Shown here one piece after another: positions 23,436 through 36,147 of a DNA stretch of 64,000 nucleotides. The first letter of the stretch is position 1. Each line of letters starts with the position of its first letter. This stretch comes from Octopus bimaculoides (lineage: Eukaryota): positions 65,781,364 to 65,845,363 of the forward strand of contig NC_068986.1 in NCBI RefSeq assembly GCF_001194135.2, written 5' to 3'. The translations under genes and the position numbers were made by a program. The notes below the pieces were generated by a model. It had not been told where the DNA came from, did no database searches, and saw only the letters and a list, made by a program, of their open reading frames with translations.

Positions 23436-25065
23436 GTATGTATGTATGTGTGTATGTATGTATGTATGTATGTATGTATGCATTTATATATATGTATATA
23501 CAACTAGTATAAAATTGTTTGAAAATACATGGTAATATGTATTTCCTTTAGGATATATTAAATTTATTGTTGTTGCGATATTAGCCGTAAAGGCATATAC
23601 CTGCATTTTTGCTGTGTATTAAAAAACCTGCAATAGAAGTTACATCTTTGCATTTTTCGATTATCCTCGAAAATCTGGTAGCATGCCTGCAGATCTCAAC
23701 TGAGATACTTGTGCACTGAAACATAGTGGTTGAAAACGTTCATCCTTATCTCTTGCTAAGACAGTTTATCTCAGTTAATTCCGTCTAGCCAACTAGTACG
23801 AGATATGATACACTCTGTATCAGTTAGCTAGACTGAAATATTTGAGGACTATATAGTATTATAGTTTAACATCAGACAAGTTTTTCCTTAATTTCTAGTC
23901 CCAAGATCAATTGCTCCCCGGTTACATCTGAAAAAAGGATTATTTACCTGCGTCTATTCTAGATAATCCCTTCATGCTACTCGAACCCTGAACATCGTAA
24001 CCAATATTGTAAGCTTGTAAAGTCAACACTATAGTTACTACTGAACAAGCTGATGGAGATGGAGATGGCTTAAAGTTAGTTATACATACATGTATACATA
24101 CGTGTGTGTATATATGTATAGCTTTTACGAACTGAAACATCAAGGGAGTACTGTAATAATACCGTGGCTGTTATTCTAGAGACTACATACAATTATTGTT
24201 AACGTTCTTGGGGGAATACATAAGTAATATCGTCATATTCAGCCAAAATATCATTAAATATAGAAAATCCACCATCTGTGAATTGTATGTGCACACTCAC
24301 AGAAACACAAGCACGCACACTCTTACACACACACACACACACTTACACATACACGTACACACACAAACACGTGCACACACACATACGCACGAACACGCAC
24401 ATACACATACATACACACACATTTACATATCTATGCGTATGTGTCTGTGTGTTCAAAATCTCTTTCAAGAAGTTTTTGGACAATAAACCACTTGACACTG
24501 AAATATGAGGAAGTAAGTTATTTATATATANNNNNNNNNNNNNNNNNNNNNNNNNNNNNNNNNNNNNNNNNNNNNNNNNNNNNNNNNNNNNNNNNNNNNN
24601 NNNNNNNNNNNNNNNNNNNNNNNNNNNNNNNNNNNNNNNNNNNNNNATATATATACATATACTTACAGACACACACATACATATATATGTATATGAACAC
24701 ACGTATGGTGATATTGTCATCAGCAATAACAAAATGATTCATAATATCTTGATTAAAATAATATTCTAAAGACAAGACGTTACTAAAATTATGAATCAAT
24801 CAAGCAAGCAAGCAAGTTAGTAGTGAGATATAAAGTGCACATTATATGAACTAACTGGTATACACCAGTTACTTTATGAACCTCTACGTTCTAAGATCAA
24901 ATCTGTGTGGAAACTATTTCGCTTTTGAATATATTAGATTTATTTTTGTTGCGATATTTGAACTCAATATCGCAAGGTAATGTGTCCAGCGCTTTAGTGT
25001 TTCTGCTGTCCACGATCAAAAGTTCTGTATTGTATTAATGTACAGCACTGAATTATACATATGTA

Positions 25066-26347
25066 TCAGGTCATCCCATAAGTTCTGTCCGAATTTTGAA
25101 TAAAGAAAACAAGTGATCAAATGTTATATTTAATTGAAATTTAATCATCAATGTACTTTCCCTGATTATCTATGACTTCCTTCCATGTATTTACAAGCTT
25201 TTTAATCCCATCAATGTAAAACTCTTTTGGTTTCAAAGCGAAGAACTCTGAAATGTCACTTTCGACCGCCTCCTGGTTTTCGAAAGTTATGACCCCCAAA
25301 TGATTCTGTAAACTATGAAACAAATGGTAGTCTGAAGGAGCAAGGTCGGGAGAATAAGGTGGACGGGGAAATGTTTCCCAACCAAGCTCTTCGATCTTCT
25401 GTGATGTGATCTTTGCAGTATGGGTTCACGCATTGTCCTGATGAAACATCATTCCTTTTCGATTCACTAAAGCGGGTCTTTTTTTTTCTTCAAAGCTTGG
25501 TTCAAACGCTCTAATTGCTGACAATAGACTTGAGCATTGATTGTTGGTTGCATTAAGTGGTAACAATTCAAAGTGAATTACTCCTTTGCAATCCCACCAG
25601 ATAGCGAGAAGAACCTTTTTCCCAGGAAGTTCCCTTCTCAGTTGTGCTTGAGCTTTTCCCTTTTACCAAGCCACTGTTTACGACGTTTAACATTTCGATA
25701 GAAGATCCATTTTTCGTCACCAGTCACAAGTCTATCCAAAAAGGGTGAAATGAGTTCGCGAGAATGGAGAGAAAAGCAGATGTCAACTCGAAATTTGCGG
25801 TTGCTTTCGGATAATTCATGAGGCACCCATTTTCCAAGTTTAGGAGTTATTGAAGATGACGATGAACAGTTTTATGGTTTGAACTACGCTTTATTGCCAA
25901 TTCTTCAATTGATAATGCAGGTTTTCTTCAAGTAATACCTCAAGGAGCTTATCATGAAACTCAACTGGACGGCCTGTTCGATCTTCATCTTCAAGGCTGA
26001 AATCTCCACTTCTGAATTTTGCAAACCATCTTCTGCAAGTTCTTTCATTCAAGCATTCTTTCTCATAAACTGAGTGTATGTTTCGAGTCGCTTTGGCTGC
26101 AGAGTTTCCTTTTTTGTACTCATAAAGCATTATGTGCCTCAAATGCCCTTTGGATGCTTCCATGGTAGAAAGGGCTTTGATCAAAGAAATTTTAATTCTA
26201 TTATTCTGTAAAATAATATTTAATTAGTTTAAATGTACACAGATACATAAAAATAATTTCTAATTCCATTAGACATTCTAAAATACTATTAAATTTTATA
26301 TAATTTTCAAAAAAGGTAAAATCGGACAGAACTTATGGATGACCTGA
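25066..26347 (-). mobile_element. Full-length (1282 bp) D,D34D mariner, transposase pseudogenised
   Basis: TA-flanked TIRs TCAGGTCATCCCATAAGTTCTGTCCGA / TCGGACAGAACTTATGGATGACCTGA. MEASKGHLRHIMLYEY..WFAKFRSGDFSLED..GRP; PHEL; LVTGDEKW; HQDNA*TH-(34 residues)-YSPDLAPSDYHLF. Contains stops and frameshifts. Confidence 0.97.
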
Positions 26348-26934
26348 TATATTGCTTGCTTTATTTGTGACTGTCGTGCGTGTCTTCGGCCTTTCGTCTG
26401 GTATTTCCAACAAGTCGAGCAATGGTTTCCTGCTAGTCTAGTCTGTTGGTTTATCTAGTACAAATTTCGTTCATAATTTGTACGTTACTAAAATGAAAAT
26501 TAAGACTTTAAACTTTGGCTATATTATTAGCAGCAGTTCACTTTTGACATATTTTTGGTAATGAAATGTATGGATGCGACAGGGTGTTTCCCTACAGATA
26601 AATGATTTACTTCGATACTTCCTTTCTCCGGATGACACTTGTTATTTTATTTATCCTGCACTGCATACAGGGCCGGTGTGAAGCCATATGATATATGTAA
26701 GCATATGTTGAAGATATACATATATAGCAAGTCTAACTAATTCTCCGGAGACTGAAAAAGAGGCAAACAGCTTTAATCGATTTCGAAACCTTATTATGGG
26801 TCTCATCAGTGGTATTTGCTTTACTTGGTCAATCCTAGAGATATAGGTAACCAATCTATTTATGTAGATAACACCTTTAGTAGCTTCTCATTCTTAATAC
26901 ATTCTTGATTGTTTTGGATCCTGAAAATACTATT

Positions 26935-26982
<48 letters not shown>

Positions 26983-27085
26983 GTGTGTGTNNNNNNNNNN
27001 NNNNNNNNNNNNNNNNNNNNNNNNNNNNNNNNNNNNNNNNNNNNNNNNNNNNNNNNNNNNNNNNNNNNNNNNNNNNNNNNNNNNN

Positions 27086-27134
<49 letters not shown>

Positions 27135-27258
27135 TTGTCAGAGGCGGCAGTCGTCATCCGGGGAAAAATTACTTATTGAAATACAGTGTTTGAAAATTTA
27201 CTTAGGAAATAGATGAAAGAAGACAGACCCTAAAACGATCACATATATACATACATAT

Positions 27259-27652
27259 AATTGATAAAATTGAAGTCAGCAAGAAGGAGTACGGTTGGAC
27301 ATTTATTTTCAATCACTACGCAAAGTAATTCTCCAGGCGGGCGTGCAGGTACTTGGTTATGCAACCGTTTCCCTGCATTTTGGGATCGAATGGTGCTTCC
27401 TAAGGCGATATGCAAATATTGTCTACGTAATTTCAAATTCTCGGCTTGAAGAGCATTCTCTCTGTCAGTCGTGGCCTGAAGTTAGTAGTAGCCACTGAGT
27501 TTATCAAGGTCTGTTGCTGCTGAACGACCGCTGGCAAACGGTTGCATAATCAAGTACCTGCATGCCTGGAGAACTACGTTGCGTAGAAACAATAGAAGTG
27601 ATTGAAAATAAATGTCCAACCGTACTCCTTGTTGACTCCAATTTTTTCAATT
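27259..27652. mobile_element. ~390-bp MITE-like element with ~110-bp inverted arms
   Basis: AAGGAGTACGGTTGGACATTTATTTTCAATCACT..TTCTCCAGGC..GCAGGTACTTGGTTATGCAACCGTTT mirrored at 27533-27652. Confidence 0.85.
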
Positions 27653-27841
27653 GTCTATTCACACATGATAGAAGCCCAAACGCAAACCTGGAAGTACGTA
27701 TAATATTACTACTGGATTGCACAAAGTAAATCTGAAAGTGGATGAGTTTTTTGCTCTACTCTGCTACTTTCTTAACAGAAAATAACATGATTATACATAC
27801 ATACATACATACATACATACACACATACATACACTTATAAA

Positions 27842-27877
<36 letters not shown>

Positions 27878-28347
27878 TTGTACTGTTCAGTGGTGATAAA
27901 ATCTGGTGAGAGATAGATATTTCATAATCACGATATGTGTTTTTATGTGCTAATATTTATATCATGCGATGAGAGCATGCCAGACAGTATTTTTTAACGC
28001 ATCTCGTGTCAAGTTCTTGTTGATGAATTGGAAAGTACTACCTATTCTGGATTCTTAGATGCAGATTCTTGGTCACTATCTTATTTTAAGCTCAAAGGGG
28101 AAATAACTCTAATCCCACCGCCTTTTGCTTCTTTTCTACTTCCTTTTCGTTTTCCGGTCTTCAACCTTTCACCTTTCATATCTTCCTCTTTATCGCCTCT
28201 TCTCGCTTTTTCTCTCATTCTATCTTTAGCTTGTAATGTCATGTAGGAAGTGCATGAAGATTGCCCAGAGATACCAGACATGTGAAAAAGTACTGTGTGA
28301 CATGCTTTCTTCCCATGAAACTAATATTAGAACATAAAAACATATAT

Positions 28348-28388
<41 letters not shown>

Positions 28389-29319
28389 CATTCAGTGGGA
28401 TTGAAAGAAAATACATGGTAAAAACATACACTGTCAAGTCTTATGTAATACAGTGAGTTGCAAGTCTAAAATACAAAGAGACACTAAGGTGTTTCAATCT
28501 AAAATCAAGCCAGCTCGGTGACTCCAGTAATGTATTTTTTTATTTTCTTTTTTAAAACTAAAACAAGGCAACTAGGAGTGGATCTTGTCTTTGAAACCAG
28601 CAGGCGAAAGCAACAGATATGATTCGTTCCTNNNNNNNNNNNNNNNNNNNNNNNNNNNNNNNNNNNNNNNNNNNNNNNNNNNNNNNNNNNNNNNNNNNNN
28701 NNNNNNNNNNNNNNNNNNNNNNNNNNNNNNNNNNNNNNNNNNNNNNNNNNNNNNNNNNNNNNNNNNNNNNNNNNNNNNNNNNNNNNNNNNNNNNNNNNNN
28801 NNNNNNNNNNNNNNNNNNNNNNNNNNNNNNNNNNNNNNNNNNNNNNNNNNNNNNNNNNNNNNNNNNNNNNNNNNNNNNNNNNNNNNNNNNNNNNNNNNNN
28901 NNNNNNNNNNNNNNNNNNNNNNNNNNNNNNNNNNNNNNNNNNNNNNNNNNNNNNNNNNNNNNNNNNNNNNNNNNNNNNNNNNNNNNNNNNNNNNNNNNNN
29001 NNNNNNNNNNNNNNNNNNNNNNNNNNNNNNNNNNNNNNNNNNNNNNNNNNNNNNNNNNNNNNNNTACAAGCATATATATATACATATGTGTGTGTGCGTG
29101 TGATTGCCAGAAAGTCAGAGACTGGAGTGAAGGATGCCGATATTTCGCCATTTTTCTGGCTTAACATCATGTATCCCGGTTCGATTTAGGTACGTGATGC
29201 TGATAAGCCACAAAAACGACGTGTTATCGGTACCCATCACTTATGAATTCGATCGGAAGCAAGTTATCTCGCCTGCCTCTGACTATATATATATTGACTA
29301 AATTTATATATATATATAT

Positions 29320-29730
29320 CCTGCTAATGTCCCTTATGAGTGGAACTCAGTTCAACATGCTGTGTTGCATCCATTTCGCCGTCTGGGTATCATCAGGTAC
29401 ATGCATACATAAAGCTGTGTCTCGCTAAAGATCCTGCGTTTTGGTTGTCATGTTGTTATATGCCCGTCTTGTTAGGGAATGAAACATTGCTACAATTTTC
29501 AATTACTATTATCTTTCTATAAGAATTGCAAACATTTGTAAATATAGGCAAATAACTGTTGATAAAGTGTTGTGTCGACGTCCCCAGGCGAAGACGTAGG
29601 ATCTCCCAAGACATATAAATAGAGGTAGTCTGGCCATGGTAGGTGTATTGAGCAGCAGTCGAGTAGTAGTTGTGTAGCGGTTGAGTAGAGATCATCCGAA
29701 GGTGCTAGATAGCAGTAGTGTTGAGACATA
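29320..29730 (-). repeat. Unclassified dispersed repeat, copy 2 (homologous to 216-650)
   Basis: See copy 1. The upstream minus ORF 29517-29729 ends LYVLGDP..DTTLYQQLFAYIYKC, weakly like CR1/L2-group ORF2 C-termini. Confidence 0.6.
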
Positions 29731-30499
29731 ACATAAGGAAAAAGAAAGTGTGTTAAATATTTTCTTATGGCGGAAATTATCTACGCAATTACAAGGCAAG
29801 CTAAATTTTTGTTGTTGCTCTTGATGATATTTTTGTCGTTATGTTGTTTCTGCTGTTGATCAAAGAAAGATGTTCCAGCAATTACCATCCTCATTCTTGC
29901 ATGCACCATGTATTTTTCCCTCCCTTTTCAAGATGATAGGCTGCAATTTAAGGAAGATTTAACTGCTATTTCCAGTAGACCGATCGACCGAGTAAAGGTC
30001 ACCAAACTACTCAGGCTGTCTTCCCTTGTCCCAACAACATAAACCATTGCAGTTGACGTGCTATGAACTACTATTCTGATGTGAATGACGGCTGTCGGTG
30101 CCATAATTCAGCTAATTGTGTCACTTAAAACTTTTATAAAAACTAAACTGTAAATTGAACAGAAACCTTCACTTTACACAATTTCTGCAACTTTCATTCA
30201 AGACGAAATCGATATTATAATTGTTTAGGGATTGATAAAAACAGAAGATAGGATAGTTAAAATGGGAAAATAGTACGAAAATACCATACAACAGTTAGGC
30301 AGCGATAACAGCAATGCTTTTATTTTTTTCTTGTTACTAATGCATATCTCATAATGAATATCCAATAATGCATTTGCAACAGTAAAGTTAGTACAAACGT
30401 TCGATCAACTTGATTGCACTTCAGGGATATCTTAGATATTACATAAATCCATAAAGTAATAACCTCAGGGGATTGATATTTCTATCGTAACTGGAATTA

Positions 30500-30505
30500 T
30501 TATTA

Positions 30506-30585
<80 letters not shown>

Positions 30586-30810
30586 GCGGCGGAGTGTTAG
30601 CAGAATTGTTAGAGCGTCGGGAGAAAATGCTTTGCGAGTATCTCTTCCGACTCCTTACGTTTTGTGTATAAAATCCGCCGCAGTCGACTTTGCCTTTCAT
30701 CATATCGAGTTCGATAAAATAAGTACCAGTTGAGTGTTGGGGTTGATGTAATTGAGTTGTCCCACCACCATCACCACAACATTGCTGGTCTTGTGCCAAA
30801 ATTAGAAACA

Positions 30811-30853
<43 letters not shown>

Positions 30854-30855
30854 GC
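30500..30855 (+). mobile_element. Family A SINE (30586-30810) embedded in (ATT)n tracts
   Basis: GCGGCGGAGTGTTAGCAGAATTGTTAGAGCGTCGG..GTCGACTTTGCCTTTCATC..GTGCCAAAATTAGAAACA, with (ATT)n on both sides. Confidence 0.88.
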
Positions 30856-30954
30856 AAAAAAAAGAAGAGTGCCATTGTCATAAAGTGAACGATATTTCGA
30901 AATCTCGTGTGTCTTCCACAGAAACAAATATTATTATTATTATTATCATGATTG

Positions 30955-31130
30955 CAAGGCAACGAGCTGACAGAATTGGTATTTCGTCCGTCTTTAGACT
31001 CTGGGTTCAAGTGCCGCTATGGTTGACTTTTCCCTTCATCCATTCGGGGTCGATAAAATAAGTACTAGTTGAGTACTGGGGTCGACTATTCCCCGCCTCC
31101 AAATTTCAGGCCTTGTGCCTTTAGTAGAAT
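30955..31130 (+). mobile_element. Family A SINE, diverged
   Basis: GGCAACGAGCTGACAGAATT..TTCATCCATTCGGGGTCGATAAAATAAGTACTAGTTGAGTACTGGGGTCGA. Confidence 0.8.
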
Positions 31131-31671
31131 GAATAAAAAAATTTAAAAAAAGGAAATTCAGAAATTCAAAAATCCAACAAGGTGAACATATCTTCCTCCT
31201 ACTATTCCCAAAGACTGGAATATCTACAATTTCCTGTAAATATTTTAAATCTCCCTCAAACTAAAATAAGTTAGAAAACGATTAGCTTAAAAATAAAACT
31301 TTAATATCTACAACTACCTGTCTTTTCCTTTCTCCCTGAGTATTCGAAAGTGTAAACACCATCCTCCTTTTTATTCTAAGAACACTACCATTTTTCTCTG
31401 TGCGGTCATACAAAAGACCATATTTAGTAAATCTTAAAACTTTACTATCTGCAACTCGTTTTCGTTTCTTTTTGACTCTCCCTGAGTATTCGAAAATGTA
31501 AACAACCTTTTCATTGCAAAATTCCTGCTGTATTCTCCAACTGCACAGACAAACGAACATCTCAAGTAAACTTTAAAACTTTAATATATTACCCAAATAC
31601 GTAAATATACATTTTGTGGCAACAGCACAACTGAATACAGAAATTCAAAGATTCAACGACGTGAATATCAG

Positions 31672-31705
<34 letters not shown>

Positions 31706-32270
31706 TTTTTTCTACCAGTAATTTCAAATAGAACTGGTTGAATTGCTTCTTTTCGGGGTCAGGGGAGGGCTCTCAGTGGTCACTGATAGTAGTAAACACA
31801 TTTAACCTCTGCTGGTCCAAAGGGTGCGAAGATTCTTTTGTCTCTATGGCTGACCTCCCCAGCATCTGCCGAATCTATTTATAGACCTGTAGATTATGAT
31901 CTATTCACCAAGCTACTACCCAACTATTTCCTTCAACAACCTCATATTTATGATTATCTCTAGTACAAGACAAAAGTTGAAAATAAAGGACATTAAGTAA
32001 AATCTTTTAATAATAAATGGAAATAGTAATAATGATAATAACAATGGTAGTGGTGGTGATGGTAATAATGATAAAATAGTAATAATAATAATATGCTGCG
32101 GTTGCTAATATTACAACTACTACTATTATGATAGCACAGGAATCTGAGGCCCAACTACCACCCTTACCACTACCCCCACCGCTGCTAAAGTTGCTGGCAC
32201 CACTGCTGCTACTACATATAAAAACAATAATATTAGTGATATCAGTGATGATGAGGATAATAATAATAAT

Positions 32271-32302
<32 letters not shown>

Positions 32303-32303
<1 letters not shown>

Positions 32304-34955
32304 GGAAACGGGTGGAGCCTCCTCCTCCTCATGGGTTGATTAATGATACATCTAGTGTTGGTGTTACAATAAAAACACTGGTAATTGCGCAACCTGATAT
32401 TCGCTTCCTCATATGAGTGACGAAGAAAAAACAAAATATTGTGAATAACGGTGGTAATGAAACTGAAGCCAATGATGGCGAGAGCGTTACACCCGGTAGG
32501 CTCAGAGATTCTGGTCCGGCTCCAGCCTGTCGATATCCAGAAAGGGAGCACCACACACGGCGTAGATGGAGCAAGCAAATTAATGCTGTGGTCATGGAGT
32601 GTTACTACCTGAGCAGCCAGGTAGATGAAAATAGCGCTCAAATTAGGGGTTACCGACAACGTATGTATGATCATTGGCGAGAAACGGGATTGTTTCAACT
32701 CACGGAACAGAGACTATGTGATCAAGCTAGAGCAATGAGAAAAAATTGTTGGTTCACAGATATAGAGCTCAAAACTATCAAAAGACGGATCATGGAAAAT
32801 AGCAGCAGTGATAACAATGAAAATACAGTTCTTACTAATAAGAATAATCTCATAGCACAGGAAAGGAGCAGTAGTAGTTTACTTGATGAGAGACATATAG
32901 ATGATCTAAAAGAAGACAATAAAACTAATAGTGACATGACATAAACAAAAGACAATCTACGACAGAATAAAAGTAAAACTACAGGAGAACGATAGCGACA
33001 TTATTTGAAACTTTAAAAAGGTTTATCGATGGAAATTGAACCAAGAAGTAAAAATTGTCAATGAAATTCTGAAATACATTAGAACAAACAAGATCACAGA
33101 AACAAATAATTTGATCAAGGCAGCAAGTATTGTTGTAGCAGAGAACGTGGGTGTTGATGTCAAGAAAAAGTAACATAATTGGAGTGACAGAAGAAAAGAT
33201 CCATAGTGGAAAAGAAGAATACAGGCAGGGTGAGATATGCTCTCGAAAGAAATCTCTGTGTTAGACCGAAAAGAGAAAGTGGGGGGGGGCTTAAAAGCGA
33301 ACAAAAATACAGGGCGCTGAAATGGAAGTGTAATATTGAAAGTAAGGGCTTGAGAGTGGTAATGGAGGAACAAAAACAGCGCCTCATTGCAAAGAAAGCA
33401 AAGATGGTAAGATACGACCAAAGAATGAAGAATTACCACAAGAATAGGCTATTCAGAGTAGATCAGAAGAGACTCTATAAAGAAGTAAATGGAGAGTGTA
33501 CAGATGAAAAGTTGATACCAAATAACAATGAAAGTCAGAGGTTTTGGAGTGACATCTGGAGCAAAGACAAAGAGTACAGAAGGACGCTGAATGGTTGCAA
33601 GAACTGAAACAAACAGTAGTCTGTCCAAAACAGGCAGAACTAGTAATTTCAGTTAGGGAAGTGAAGGAAATCAGCAAAAAAAAGTGAGCAGCTGGAAGAC
33701 CCCGGGACCAGATGGAGTTCAAGGCTACTGGGTCAAAAGATTTGGCGAATGTCATGCACGAATAGCTGCGCAACTCGACAGCTTGTTAAATGCCGACCAA
33801 GTAATACCAGAGTGGTTGACATTGGGTAGGACAGTGCTGTGCTTGAAACATCGAAAAAGGCAATACGGTAGACAATTACAGGCCGATATCCTGTTTGACA
33901 CGTATGCGGAAGTTATTGACTGGAATACTCGCAGAGTCAATGTATGAACATCTGGAAAAGAATGGAGTCCTGCCACATGAGCAGAAAAGTTGCAAGCATA
34001 AGTGCAGAGGTACCAAGGATCAACTCCTGATAGACAAAACTGTACTTAGAGACTGCAACGGTATAAAAGTAACTTAGCCATGTCATGGATCGACTATTAT
34101 AAGGCGTACGATATGATCCCACAATCTTGGATTATGGAGTGTATGAACATATTTGGTATTGCAACGAATGTTGAGCGATTGCCTGGTAAAAGTATGGCGA
34201 ATTGGAGGACGCACCTGACAGCACACGGAAGAAGTTTAGGAACAGTAGAAATTAGGAGGGGCATCTTCCAAGTGGACTACCTTTCCCCACTGATCTTTGT
34301 ACTGTGCTTGATACTACTAACACTGATTCTGAGGAAAGCGAAAGCTAGGTCTGTATTCAAAAGCCGCTAACAAAAAGTCAATCATTTGTTATTCATGGAT
34401 GACCTCAAACTTTATGGTAAAGATGAAGCCTAAGTCAGTTCCCTCGATGATACGGTGTATATTTTCAGTGCTGATATCAGAGAGGCAAAATCAAATGTAT
34501 GGACGGGCTAACGATACCGTCGGGGGAGGTTGTGAAGCAGATAGAAGAGACGGGCTATAAGTAGTTGGAGATTTTGGAAATGGATAAATTGATGGAGAAA
34601 GAAATGACAGAAAAATTTAAAGTGGAGTACTTGAGCAGATTGAGACTGAATTTTAAGTCAAAATTAAACGGACGGAATAAGATTGAAGTTATCAACACCT
34701 GGGTGGTTTCACTCCCTAGACATGGAGCAAGGATAATCGCATGGACAGTAGACGAACTAAAAAGCTTAGACAGAAAGACAAGGAAGTTGCTAACTAGATA
34801 TGGGACACTCCACCCAAAACGTGACACAAACAGAGTGTATGTACCAAGAAAAAGAGGGGGAAGAGGACTTATTGGATGCGAACACAGCATTAGAGCAGAA
34901 GAAAACAACATAGCATAGTATGTCAAAAATACCACAGAACCGCTATTCTAAGATT
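32303..34955 (+). mobile_element. R4/Dong-clade non-LTR retrotransposon, 5' region and RT present, decayed, 3' endonuclease missing
   Basis: N-terminus RRRWSKQINAVVMECYY..RGYRQRMYDHW..TEQRLCDQAR. RT motifs [63 protein letters not shown]; also LHPKRDTNRVYVPRKRGGRGL. Immediately preceded by (TAA)n. Confidence 0.93.
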
Positions 34956-34959
34956 ATGC

Positions 34960-35032
34960 ATGCATGCATACATACATACATACATACATACATACATACA
35001 TACATACATACATACATACATACATACATACA
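34960..35032. repeat. (TACA)n microsatellite
   Basis: Direct reading. Confidence 0.95.
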
Positions 35033-35505
35033 CATTACTGAGTGTGCGTTTAAGTTGCAAACTGTTTCATTCCCAGTGGGATTTTACAAACATCAAAATA
35101 ATTACCCTGAATTTTCAATAAATAAGGAACCGAATGGAAAGAGATGGGCAAGAAGGATGGCATGTGCATAAGAAGATGAGTAGATAGAGCTAAGTACTGA
35201 CAAAAGTAAAAACAAAGGTTGCACACCATGTGGGATGAGCGAAGAATAAGAGAAATTAATATATTGGTAAGTTTGAAAAGTAAGTAACTGTTACGATTGG
35301 TTGTCCTGGGAACTAATTGGAATGGGTGAAGATTTTTGAAAAGCGTCTGAGGAATGTTGGTTGTTAGAGGAAAGGTAATAATTTTATTACTTGGTTAAAA
35401 CTGTTAAGTGTTCGTAAACGACTGTTAATGGAATTACGATTTTGGTTTCAAAGTTTGGCTCATGGCCAACAGATTCGTTGTAAGTCTTCAACTTTTATCT
35501 CTTCA

Positions 35506-35719
35506 GTAAAACTTCAGCATTTAAACTGGCTATATCTAGCCGAAATGTTTTACCTCTTTTATAGCGAAATCGGCCGTATCCAGCCTCTCAAACCTATACT
35601 ACCATGTCATTCTAATAATAAACAATCTTGAAGCTACAAAATGATGCATGATTAATTCCAAAGAAATGTGACTAAATAAAACTACTTTTCACAGAATCAT
35701 TTTAATTCTAAAGGGTTAA
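35506..35719. mobile_element. piggyBac-type MITE relic
   Basis: Right end CTAAAGGGTTAA (GGG terminus plus TTAA target). Left end degenerate. Confidence 0.45.
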
Positions 35720-35932
35720 CATTTAATGCTTAATTATTGCATCTTATATTAGCTACATATACAATAATAGCATTCATAATCATAATCATTCGTCTAATTT
35801 TTTCACGTTTTGAAACTTATTAACCATGATCTTTTAAACACCATTTATTCCCATATGGTTCATTTCAATACCTTGGGATCTTCTTCAGCCACTTGGTTAT
35901 ACCACTATATGTTATTAATATCTTAATTCCAT

Positions 35933-36058
35933 TAAGGCGGCGAGCTGGCAAAATTGTTAGCACGCGGGGCAAAATGATTAACGGCATTCCTTCCGTCTTT
36001 GCGGTCTTAGTTCAAATACTGAAGAAGTTGATTTTACCCTTCGGGGTCGAAAACCGCC
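35933..36058 (+). mobile_element. Family A SINE, 3'-truncated
   Basis: TAAGGCGGCGAGCTGGCAAAATTGTTAGCACGCGGGGCAAAATG..GTTCAAATAC..CCCTTCGGGGTCGA. Confidence 0.8.
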
Positions 36059-36147
36059 TAATCATCAGGGTTCTCCAAAATGAGAGGAAAATGCTGAATA
36101 AATAAATATCCAAAATTCTTAATAACTCTTTTTCCTTTATATAAATA

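Noticed and set aside
29177-29256. Imperfect hairpin
   Set aside because: Too many mismatches to separate from chance.
29365-29400. Minus-strand CTGATGA..GAAA as a hammerhead
   Set aside because: No stem I pairing adjacent to the core, and the homologous copy at ~341-372 lacks both boxes.
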